Assembly (NCBI GenBank): GCA_031426555.1
Contig: JANPLN010000030.1
Coordinates: 1-64,000 of the forward strand
Direction of reading: 5' to 3'
Length of the DNA stretch: 64,000 nucleotides
DNA from: Bdellovibrionales bacterium
GTDB taxonomy: Bacteria > Bdellovibrionota > Bdellovibrionia > Bdellovibrionales > JAGQZY01
Position numbers and translations under genes: made by a program
Shown here: piece by piece, positions 47,873-56,319 of the stretch
Numbering within the stretch: the first letter of the stretch is position 1
Layout of the letters: every line of letters begins with the position of its first letter
Notes under the pieces: generated by a model
What the model saw: the letters and a program-made list of their open reading frames with translations, nothing else
Told to the model about the DNA's origin: nothing
Databases searched by the model: none

Positions 47873-48562
47873 ATGGGGATGAGCACTGTATTAATGTTTA
47901 CAGGTCGCAGTGGGGTAGATCAGTTAGAGTTTCGTCAGCAGTTGTTGCGGGTTCCAGAAGTGTCGATCACTCTGAAAACGGCGCAAGCAATTCTCGAAGC
48001 CAGCCAGCACAAAGAAGCAAAAGAGCTTATGAGCTTGGCGCACTACGAAACAAACGAATATTTATCTGCCGGTCTTTGGCGAGATTTCTTAGCGCAATTG
48101 ATGCAAATCGGTCTTTATCGTCGTTACGAAAAATTATCAGCCCGACCACAATATATAATCGGCGACTCTGGCGAATGCTCAGCTTCAGCTGTGTGTTTAG
48201 GAGCCATGACTCTCGAAGAGTACGTGGGGCGCTTTTTGGAGCAGCTCGAAAAACGAAACGCCGAAGAACAATCCAAGGAATTTTTAGTTGGTCACCGTTT
48301 AGAAAGTGCAAAAATTTACGAGCGCACGTTTGAAGGCTACGTCGTTAAATCCGAAGGCAAAGATCTCTGGAGTTTGTTTGATGATCTTCGCAAAGATCAT
48401 TTGATCGACCAGATAGTCACCCTGGGCACAGCACCAAGTAACAACTGGCACATCGAGCAGGATCTCGGCATGGTGGAATCGGTTGTGATGGATCCTTTGC
48501 TCAGCTGGATGCTACCTTACTTGCGTTCTAGCACTGTGCCGCTGAATGTGGCTTACGGATAG
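47873..48562 (+). CDS. Degenerate malonyl-CoA:ACP transacylase (FabD/PKS-AT)-like protein
   Basis: VLMFTG; QIGLYRRYEKLSARPQYIIGDSGECSASAVCLGAMTLEE resembles the AT block around GHSxGE; only 229 aa. Confidence 0.55.
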   Translation: MGMSTVLMFTGRSGVDQLEFRQQLLRVPEVSITLKTAQAILEASQHKEAKELMSLAHYETNEYLSAGLWRDFLAQLMQIGLYRRYEKLSARPQYIIGDSGECSASAVCLGAMTLEEYVGRFLEQLEKRNAEEQSKEFLVGHRLESAKIYERTFEGYVVKSEGKDLWSLFDDLRKDHLIDQIVTLGTAPSNNWHIEQDLGMVESVVMDPLLSWMLPYLRSSTVPLNVAYG

Positions 48563-48712
48563 ACTGCGATTTTTAACTTTTAGATACAATTTTTTTAGAA
48601 CCTCCCTTTTAAGACGCGCCCATCCATGGACTCAGTTGCCCCCGTCCGGGTCGCAAAGGTCTTAAAAGGGAGGTTCTAAAAAAATTGTATCTAAAAGTTA
48701 AAAATGACTGCG
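48562..48712. mobile_element. Giant palindromic element D, MITE-like, with a 7-bp flanking direct repeat
   Basis: Perfect 47-bp arms (48569-48615 / 48659-48705), 43-bp core, GACTGCG directly on both sides (48562-48568, 48706-48712). Confidence 0.8.
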
Positions 48713-48849
48713 TTTGCTTAGCAAACTTAGACTACTGCCGAAGCGGAAGTACTTGCGCGTTGGAAATTATTTCGAATCTTCCAATTCTGCCAAGAGACTT
48801 CATGGAAGTTCCAAATGTCCAATGACTCACGTCCACGAATGTATCCTAA

Positions 48850-49968
48850 TTATAGATGCACAAAATTAAAATCAGGGGCTGTCGACATCGGGTTTGGTTT
48901 TAAAAACGATGGCAGATCTTCTTCGGGGGCCAGGACCGAGTAGAAGCCGTAGGGCACTTTGGTGGAAAGAAACGTCAATGGGGCGCGGGTGGTGTAGTCG
49001 CCAAAATAATTGGTGTGGGCGAGGAGTTCGCCGCGAGCGGATTCTTCGTAGGCTTGGCACAACAACGAGTAAAACACTTCGTGGTTATCGGCTGCACAGT
49101 GAGTTAAAAAACTCAGCGAAAAAGTTTGATCCACAGCAGGCAACGGCTGCGAAAAGCCTAGCAGCGATGAAAGTTTGCTGGATTGATAAAGCAGTAAGCC
49201 TTCGGAGTGGTATTTTTTGGCGATGACTTGTTGAGTGCTGCCACTATTCCAGGGAGCCACACAACCCACAATTTGTTCTTTTGAATTTCGCGCAATTAAA
49301 AAATTGTTTAAACTGAAGTCGGGCCAGGTTTTAAATTTTTGCTCCAATTGCTCGGGAGTGATATTAAAGTACAGCCGACTGCCGATCTTTTTTTGCATCA
49401 TGTAGTTGCACAGCTCTTCCATATCTTTTGGCAGAGCGTGACGAATGCGAATGGTGGGCATGGGGGCGGGCGACCACGGCCAGCGACCCAAAAAATAAAT
49501 CATATTCACTTTGCGATAAAGATAGTAGTGCGGTAGTTGGCGACGAATTTTTCGCGGGCGTAAAAGCGCATTGTAAGCCTGGTTTTCAAACTGCTCGATG
49601 GCGGTAAAAACATAGCGACAGTTTTTTTCGGCAATTTTTTGATACAGATACGGAACAAAATGTTGAGCCCATTGGAGAACGGCAATCCGTTGGGGAGCAA
49701 TTCGTAGATCACACAGATAGCCCACAGTTTGCTCTTGGCGATTGAAGTAAGCGCGCTGAAAGCAGATGGTGGCTGCGCCAAGAAGAGTTTCGCTGTCGTC
49801 CATCAGTAGAACAGTGGTGAAGTCGTCGCTGAAGGTGCGATAGTGATTAAAAAAATTCCCCACGCGGTGAATAGAAAAATCAACGTGTCCATGGACGATC
49901 TGTTCTTCGTAAAATCTTTGCAGGAGAAGGGAGTGCTTCTCTTCGGCCTCGACCAGCTTGAGTTGCAT
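48850..49968 (-). CDS. Tandem-GNAT-like acyltransferase
   Basis: TVGYLCDLRIAP motif A-like segment; second lobe IRIRHA...IVGCVAPW. Confidence 0.6.
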   Translation of the reverse strand: MQLKLVEAEEKHSLLLQRFYEEQIVHGHVDFSIHRVGNFFNHYRTFSDDFTTVLLMDDSETLLGAATICFQRAYFNRQEQTVGYLCDLRIAPQRIAVLQWAQHFVPYLYQKIAEKNCRYVFTAIEQFENQAYNALLRPRKIRRQLPHYYLYRKVNMIYFLGRWPWSPAPMPTIRIRHALPKDMEELCNYMMQKKIGSRLYFNITPEQLEQKFKTWPDFSLNNFLIARNSKEQIVGCVAPWNSGSTQQVIAKKYHSEGLLLYQSSKLSSLLGFSQPLPAVDQTFSLSFLTHCAADNHEVFYSLLCQAYEESARGELLAHTNYFGDYTTRAPLTFLSTKVPYGFYSVLAPEEDLPSFLKPNPMSTAPDFNFVHL

Positions 49969-50532
49969 CTAATCTTTTTTCCAAACAACTTCGGCCACAC
50001 CCAACTGGTGATTAAACGACCGCGCAAGCACAAAAAAGTAATCGTTCAGTCGGTTCAAGTAAGGGATGAGTTGCTCGGGTAGAGTTTCGGTTTCGGCCAA
50101 GGTACAGCACAGTCTTTCGGCGCGCCGGCAGATCGTGCGGGCCATGTGCGTTTGACTTGATAAAAGATGCCCGCCGGGAAGGATAAATTGTTTTAAGGGA
50201 GGAAGATCCTTCATCAGGGTGTCGATTTCATGTTCGATGGCAAGGATGGTTTCGGCTTTGATGGTGGGAAGTTGCGCCGCGAGCTTTGGATCAGGGCATG
50301 CCAGCTGGCTTCCCAAGTTGAAGAGTTGATTTTGTGTTTTCGTGAGAAATGCATTTACACCCTCAAAGCCATAGGCTTGAAGTTCACTCAGCAGCACCCC
50401 AAGTGTGGAATTGAGTTCGTCGACGGTGCCATAGCAGTCCAGTCGCACATGAGTTTTGCTCACACGCTCGCCATTGACCAGGCTGGTTGTTCCTTGATCG
50501 CCTGTTTTTGTGTAAATTTTCGGTGTACTCAC
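49969..50532 (-). CDS. pduO: ATP:cob(I)alamin adenosyltransferase (PduO type)
   Basis: KIYTKTGDQGTT, GTVDELNS, FILPGG, RTICRRAER, YLNRLND; GTG 50532 behind AAGGAG. Confidence 0.93.
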   Translation of the reverse strand: MSTPKIYTKTGDQGTTSLVNGERVSKTHVRLDCYGTVDELNSTLGVLLSELQAYGFEGVNAFLTKTQNQLFNLGSQLACPDPKLAAQLPTIKAETILAIEHEIDTLMKDLPPLKQFILPGGHLLSSQTHMARTICRRAERLCCTLAETETLPEQLIPYLNRLNDYFFVLARSFNHQLGVAEVVWKKD

Positions 50533-50586
50533 GACAACTCCTTTGAGATGATTATGAATGAAAATCACATAGGGAGGAAGCACAAA

Positions 50587-51369
50587 GTGCGAGCTTTTTT
50601 TGTTACCGTTCCGCACTCGGGCGAGATCATTCCGCCAGGCGCCGACTGGCTTCGGGGATTGCCCGAAGCTGTGGTGATGCGCGACGTGGATCGATTTGTG
50701 GATCAACTGTATCAACCAGTCATCACGAAGTTGAAATTGCCCAATATTGTAGCGAAGTGCCATCGCTATGTGATCGACCTCAACCGCAAGCCCGATGAAT
50801 TCGACACAGACTCTGTGGAAGGAGCTCCTCATATTGCGGGAACTCATCCCAAAGGTCTGCACTGGTCGGTGACAACCTTTGGCGAAAAGCTCATCACGAA
50901 ACCAATGTCGAAAGATTTGCATGAGCTTTTTGTGCAACAGCATTATTTGCCATTTCATGAGTCTGTTGCGGAGATGGCGAAGGGTTTTAGCGCCCGGCCA
51001 GTTTATCACTTGGACTTGCACAGTATGCCCTCCCAGGGAACGGTCCTGCACAACGATCCGGGAGCCCAGCGCGCCGATGTCGTGGTGAGTGATTTTCATG
51101 GAAAGAGCGCGCGCAAGGACTTTGTGGATATGATCATCGAGGCTTACCGAAGCACTGGATTGCAAGTGGCTTACAACTGGCCCTACTTTGGGGGCGGTAT
51201 CACTCAGATGTACGGGCGACCTGATCTGGGGCATCACACCGTGCAAGTCGAACTCAATCGACGCCTTTACATGGACGAAGCCACAAAACAAAAGAGCTCG
51301 CAGTTTGTTGAAACACAAAATAAACTGACCCACGCCATGGAATTGATTTTCGCAAGCCTGCCAACTTAA
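50587..51369 (+). CDS. N-formylglutamate amidohydrolase family protein
   Basis: VPHSG, RYVIDLNR, YLPFH, DLHSM, NWPYFGGGIT, QVELNRRLYMDE; GTG behind AGGGAGG (alternative ATG 50554). Confidence 0.88.
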   Translation: MRAFFVTVPHSGEIIPPGADWLRGLPEAVVMRDVDRFVDQLYQPVITKLKLPNIVAKCHRYVIDLNRKPDEFDTDSVEGAPHIAGTHPKGLHWSVTTFGEKLITKPMSKDLHELFVQQHYLPFHESVAEMAKGFSARPVYHLDLHSMPSQGTVLHNDPGAQRADVVVSDFHGKSARKDFVDMIIEAYRSTGLQVAYNWPYFGGGITQMYGRPDLGHHTVQVELNRRLYMDEATKQKSSQFVETQNKLTHAMELIFASLPT

Positions 51370-51429
51370 GTCCTACAACACAGTGCGAATGCTGATGCTT
51401 TTTGTGACATTTGGCATTAGATTTTAAAC

Positions 51430-52800
51430 ATGACGTTTCGTAAAATTGTTCGCACCCTTGCGTCGCTGAAGTTCGCCGTGGCTGTCATTTTAGCAATCGC
51501 AACGTTGGTTGCCTGGGGAACCATCGTTGAAGCCCAGTACATGGATGCCAAAATGGCTCAAGAGACCGTTTACCATGGATTGCTGTCTTATCTTATATTT
51601 GGATTATTTGCCGTCAATCTGACCTCTGTGATCATCGATCGCTATCCTTGGAAGCAACATCACATCGGTTTTATCTCGGCCCACATAGGAATTTTAATTC
51701 TTTTAGCCGGTTCGTTGGTGACGCGCTATTTGGGCATCGACGGAAGCATGACCATTGATCTCGGTGGAAAAAGTAAAATGATCACGGTTCCAGAAACCGA
51801 CCTTGTGCTTTACACGTCTTTTGGAATGGACAGTTTTCAAAAGTTTCACGAGCAAAAAGTTAATTTTTTTTCCACTCCACCAACGGCCAAGAAGCCACTT
51901 AAAATTCCCTTGGCTTCGGGAGACGTGATTTTTGACGATTTCTATCACTATGCGCTGGTGGACAGCAAAATCGTCCCCTCCGAGGAAAAAACCGACCCAG
52001 CGGGTGTGCGTTTGCAAATTAGCAACGACCGCGTGAATCAAACTCAGTGGTTGTTGGGGAAAAAAAATCAGCCCAGCATACTGGCCTTGGGGCCGGCGAC
52101 GATTGTTTTAACAACTCAACCGTATGTCTATCTCGGCGGCAACGTCTTGGTGTTAATGCCGGTGGATGACGATCGAATCAGGTACCAAGTTTACAGCGAT
52201 CGCTTACAAAAAAAAATAAACGAGGGCGAAGTCAAAGCGGGTAGCCAATTTGATCTGGGCTGGATGAATCTGCAGTTTCGCTTGTTAAAGTACATTCCAC
52301 GGGCAAGGCAAGACATCACTTACATGAAGCGAGAGCAAGCCTCCCCCGAAGCTGTGTCGGCCGTGCGTTTTACCTACAATGGCAAAACACAGTGGCTGGG
52401 TCTCAATTCGATGGTTCGCCTCTTTGGAGCTTCGGAAATGTACGTGCTCACTTACGGCAATCGCCAGCTTCCGTTGTCTTTTGAAATGGAATTGAAAAAC
52501 TTTGATGTGGGTCGGTACCAGGGAACCATGCGCGCGGCGAGCTATCAGAGCCTTGTTTACCTTTCTGATGAAGACCGCGAGGTTGTGATTTCGATGAACG
52601 AACCTCTTCAGCACAAGGGTTTTACGTTTTATCAGGCGAGCTTTCAAGAAGACGCCATGGGAAAACCCACTGCCACCGTTTTGTCGGTGAACTATGATCC
52701 CGGTCGGTGGATTAAATACTTAGGTTCTTTACTTATTGTTTTTGGTGCAGTCCATTTATTTTATCGTCGCTGGAAAAAAGCGAGAGGTGCCTATGCGTAG
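51430..52800 (+). CDS. ccsB: Cytochrome c biogenesis system II protein ResB/CcsB
   Basis: LASLKFAV, AHIGILILLAG, ISMNEPL.HKGFTFYQASF, SVNYDPG. Confidence 0.88.
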   Translation: MTFRKIVRTLASLKFAVAVILAIATLVAWGTIVEAQYMDAKMAQETVYHGLLSYLIFGLFAVNLTSVIIDRYPWKQHHIGFISAHIGILILLAGSLVTRYLGIDGSMTIDLGGKSKMITVPETDLVLYTSFGMDSFQKFHEQKVNFFSTPPTAKKPLKIPLASGDVIFDDFYHYALVDSKIVPSEEKTDPAGVRLQISNDRVNQTQWLLGKKNQPSILALGPATIVLTTQPYVYLGGNVLVLMPVDDDRIRYQVYSDRLQKKINEGEVKAGSQFDLGWMNLQFRLLKYIPRARQDITYMKREQASPEAVSAVRFTYNGKTQWLGLNSMVRLFGASEMYVLTYGNRQLPLSFEMELKNFDVGRYQGTMRAASYQSLVYLSDEDREVVISMNEPLQHKGFTFYQASFQEDAMGKPTATVLSVNYDPGRWIKYLGSLLIVFGAVHLFYRRWKKARGAYA

Positions 52801-54427
52801 TCGCAATTTATTGCTGGCTCTGTTCTTTTGTGTTTTTGCGTCGACCGCAGTACAAGCCGAAGAGTTTTCTATGGAAACCCTGCCAGTACAAAACGGGGGG
52901 CGCTTAAAACCTTTTGATACCTACGCTCGCGAAACTCTCACTTTGATGTACGGTCGAAGTACGTATCGCCCCGCCGAGGACAAACCGGCCCATGATGCGA
53001 GCAAAATTGTATCAACCTGGATGATGGTCCCTGAGGCGTGGGTGGCAAAGCCGTTTGTGCGTGTCGATCATTTTGGACTTAAAAAAGCTTTGGGCTTTCA
53101 AGAAGAGCAAAAATTTTTTAGCCCGGAGGAGATTTTAAAAAGTACGCGCTTCGGGGTGATTTTGAGTGAGCTCAATTCAAAACGACAACTCAAAGAAAAA
53201 CTAAACCCCTTTGATCAAGCCGTGCAAAAACTCGAATCGCAAATGGGATTTTTTCACGAAGTCCGCATGGGAGCGCTTCGCATAGCGCCGAGCAAAGATC
53301 CCGCAGCCACGACATGGTTGAGTGTCGCCGAGCTCGATGCGACTCAAAAAGAACTGTTTTTTAACGTTCTCAAAGACTATTCGGCCACCTTCACTTTAGA
53401 GAGTGTTCCGCCCGAAGTTGTGCAAAAATCCAACGCGTCTGTGGCAGCATTTGTGGCGAGCATTCGCGCCAACAATCCAGTGCTCTATCCCGATGTTAAA
53501 AAAATGGCCACCGAGTTGCACTACAATCAGTTTGCGCCATTTTTAAAAGCGGCCATGCTCTATGGAGTTGCCGTGCTACTTATGTTCTTTGGTCTTCTTT
53601 TTAATCGGCAATATTTTGCCACCGCAGCATGGGTATCCACTGGTTTGGCGTTTGTTCTTCACACCTATGGTTTTGCCCTTCGAGTGTATCTCACGGAACG
53701 GCCGCCGGTTTCGAATATGTTTGAAACCGTGATCTGGGTGGCGTGGGGCACGATCGTGTTCACCGCGTGGTTGAGCTTCGTTAAAAAGAAAAAATATATT
53801 TTATTATCTGGAACCCTCGTTGCCACCTTAGCGATGATCGTGGCTAACAGCGCCCCTGCGATTTTGGATTCTACTCTGCAACCGCTCGAACCTGTTTTGC
53901 GCAGCAATCTGTGGCTCATCATCCATGTGATGACGATCACGCTGAGCTACGCGGCTTTCTTTTTAGCTCTTGGAATTGGCAACGTGGCGCTGTTTCATGT
54001 AATCCGTGGAGCAAAAGTGCAATCCCAGGAAATCAACGACTACGTAGATACATGTTACAAAAGTTTACAAGTGGGTGTTGTGCTGCTGGCGGCAGGAACC
54101 ATCCTCGGTGGCGTTTGGGCTGACTATTCTTGGGGACGTTTTTGGGGCTGGGATCCTAAGGAAACGTGGGCGCTGATCGCGCTTCTCGGTTACCTGGCGC
54201 TGCTGCATGCGCGTCTTGGCGGGCTGATTAAAAATTTTGGAATGCTTGCGGGTGCCATTATCGCCTTCAACCTTGTTGTGATGGCTTGGTACGGTGTGAA
54301 CTTTGTTCTCGGCGCGGGTCTGCATACATATGGTTTTGGCGCCGGCGGGATTGAATATGTTGCAGCCTTTGTCGGCTTGCAATTGTTGTATGTAGTTTAC
54401 GCCGGGTTGATGGTCAGACGATCTTAG
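52793..54427 (+). CDS. ccsA: Cytochrome c biogenesis system II protein CcsA/ResC with an N-terminal periplasmic domain
   Basis: GRLKPFDT, WLIIHV, WWD motif WADYSWGRFWGWDPKETWAL, GLHTYG. Confidence 0.93.
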   Translation: MRSRNLLLALFFCVFASTAVQAEEFSMETLPVQNGGRLKPFDTYARETLTLMYGRSTYRPAEDKPAHDASKIVSTWMMVPEAWVAKPFVRVDHFGLKKALGFQEEQKFFSPEEILKSTRFGVILSELNSKRQLKEKLNPFDQAVQKLESQMGFFHEVRMGALRIAPSKDPAATTWLSVAELDATQKELFFNVLKDYSATFTLESVPPEVVQKSNASVAAFVASIRANNPVLYPDVKKMATELHYNQFAPFLKAAMLYGVAVLLMFFGLLFNRQYFATAAWVSTGLAFVLHTYGFALRVYLTERPPVSNMFETVIWVAWGTIVFTAWLSFVKKKKYILLSGTLVATLAMIVANSAPAILDSTLQPLEPVLRSNLWLIIHVMTITLSYAAFFLALGIGNVALFHVIRGAKVQSQEINDYVDTCYKSLQVGVVLLAAGTILGGVWADYSWGRFWGWDPKETWALIALLGYLALLHARLGGLIKNFGMLAGAIIAFNLVVMAWYGVNFVLGAGLHTYGFGAGGIEYVAAFVGLQLLYVVYAGLMVRRS

Positions 54428-54533
54428 GGCGTGCGAAGAGGCAGCGCCCGACGTTCTGAAAGTTTTTCTTTTCGAAAATATTCTGCATCTCAATCGCGCG
54501 TGCGGAAGATAGGGATGCTGAACATTTATGAGC

Positions 54534-55382
54534 TTAGCGAACTTCGCAGATACGAACCTGACAGCGACCCAAGTTATTGCGCTTTTTAAGCTGATTTGTT
54601 TCGCTTTCGCTTAAACCTTCTCCAAGGACGTAACCGCTGCTATCAATAAGAATACGCGAGTACTGAGCACTTTTCTGCCAACCGACAATACACTGGTTGT
54701 TTTTTACGGATTCGTCCGCAAGGTACCCATAGAAGTTGCTGGCGTCGATGGTGCCAAGAACTCTTCCTGTCGAATTTGTGACTTCACAGGTATCACGCAC
54801 AGGAACGGGGATAGAAGCGATTGGCGGAAGTGGCCTGATAACAATTTGACCCTGGCCTGTAGATCTACCGAAATCAGTCAAACACTGTAACTTCTGACTT
54901 TCAGAATACAGTTGAGTACAGGCGCTGGTTTCAGCGGTGACATACTCTTTATTCGTAACAACCTTTAAACACTCTAATTTTTTAGATTCAGAATAAAAAG
55001 AAGTACAGACATTTAAGGCATTGGTGTCATAATATTTTTCAAGAACATTTGAAATACAGTCTATTTTTTTTCTTTCAGAGTAGAAACTTGAACACACAGC
55101 CATAGCCTCATTAGAAACGTACTGTGTGTTTGTGGCCAGCTTATGGCAGGCTTGAATATTGCTACTTGAGTAGAGCGACGAGCAAACTTGCATAACAGCA
55201 GTATTCGGTCCTGTGTGAGCAGAGAACTCATTCATGCAGGCTCTCTGGTCGTTGGGTGACAGCAGTCCACACACGAGTTGCATGACAATGTCGATGTCTG
55301 ATTGGGCCTTAGCTGGTTGCGCGATGGTCGCCATGGTTGAAAAGATCAGCCCGGCAATAGTGAGCTGTAAAAGACGCTTCAT
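54534..55382 (-). CDS. Secreted protein with five ~29-30-aa C-x10/11-C repeats
   Basis: Signal peptide MKRLLQ...PAKA, AGGAG RBS; units such as VCSSFYSERKKIDC, VCTSFYSESKKLEC, ACTQLYSESQKLQC. Confidence 0.8.
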   Translation of the reverse strand: MKRLLQLTIAGLIFSTMATIAQPAKAQSDIDIVMQLVCGLLSPNDQRACMNEFSAHTGPNTAVMQVCSSLYSSSNIQACHKLATNTQYVSNEAMAVCSSFYSERKKIDCISNVLEKYYDTNALNVCTSFYSESKKLECLKVVTNKEYVTAETSACTQLYSESQKLQCLTDFGRSTGQGQIVIRPLPPIASIPVPVRDTCEVTNSTGRVLGTIDASNFYGYLADESVKNNQCIVGWQKSAQYSRILIDSSGYVLGEGLSESETNQLKKRNNLGRCQVRICEVR

Positions 55383-55745
55383 AAAAACTCCTCTGGTTAA
55401 TTGGTTCAAGGGCCTTTGAGCAAAAGTAGTACCAAAAGGAAACCAGCATATTGGATCTGATGAGTCGGAGGGCGCAAATCTGGGCAATAATGAGAGGAGT
55501 GTACTTATTTGTGTCACCGGTCAGTTGTTGGGTGGTGGTCAATAAGCTGTCGGTCGAAAGCCTATTTTTTAAGCGCAAGAGATGATTTCGCAGTGTGGCT
55601 TTGGTCGGCAAATTTCAATTCGTTTTCAAAAAAATATTTCCATTTTTCAGATATTTAGATAAGAATGCTTCACATATAAGTTAAAAAAATTTCGACTCGA
55701 TGACTGAGAGCGTTCTGAATGCTTCAGCACGAGAGAGGAGAGCGA

Positions 55746-56312
55746 ATGTCGTTTCGACACCAAGCGAGGCTGGGGCAACTTCTAGCGGTCACTGTGGCAC
55801 TGATTGTTGGGCTGACAAGTTGTAACTGGAAACAATTCACGTGGGGACATATCGGCTACAATACGGGCTATGCTCCCAAGCAACCCATTCCATTTTCGCA
55901 CAAGCTGCATGCGGGCGATAACAAGATTCAATGTTTGTACTGTCACACTAACGTTGAGTACGCAAAACATTCTGCCATACCAAGCTTAAACATCTGCATG
56001 AATTGTCACTTGCTTGTGGCCACCGACAAACCGGCGATTCAAGAGCTACAAAAAAAATATTTCGCCGGTGAATCTATTAACTGGGTGAAAGTACACATGC
56101 TGCCAGATCATGTAAAATTTAATCATAAAAGACACGTGCATCGTTTTAGTCAGCCCGAAGATCGCTACGTGGCTTGCCAAAAGTGTCACGGCGAAGTTGC
56201 AAAAATGGATGTGATCGAGCAGATCTCTAGCCTTTCAATGGGTTGGTGTATCGACTGCCATCGCAGCTCTGAGCCTAAAGGTCCTTTAAACTGTTCGACG
56301 TGCCACCACTAA
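55746..56312 (+). CDS. actA: Alternative complex III pentaheme cytochrome c subunit
   Basis: QPIPFSHKLHAG and five CxxCH motifs; ATG behind GAGGAG. Confidence 0.93.
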   Translation: MSFRHQARLGQLLAVTVALIVGLTSCNWKQFTWGHIGYNTGYAPKQPIPFSHKLHAGDNKIQCLYCHTNVEYAKHSAIPSLNICMNCHLLVATDKPAIQELQKKYFAGESINWVKVHMLPDHVKFNHKRHVHRFSQPEDRYVACQKCHGEVAKMDVIEQISSLSMGWCIDCHRSSEPKGPLNCSTCHH

Positions 56313-56319
56313 GGAGCGG

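Noticed and set aside
49969..51369. 454-aa and 379-aa mutually overlapping antisense ORFs
   Set aside because: Only the distal parts carry motifs (PduO from 50532, amidohydrolase from 50587), each with its own RBS; the extensions are shadow frames
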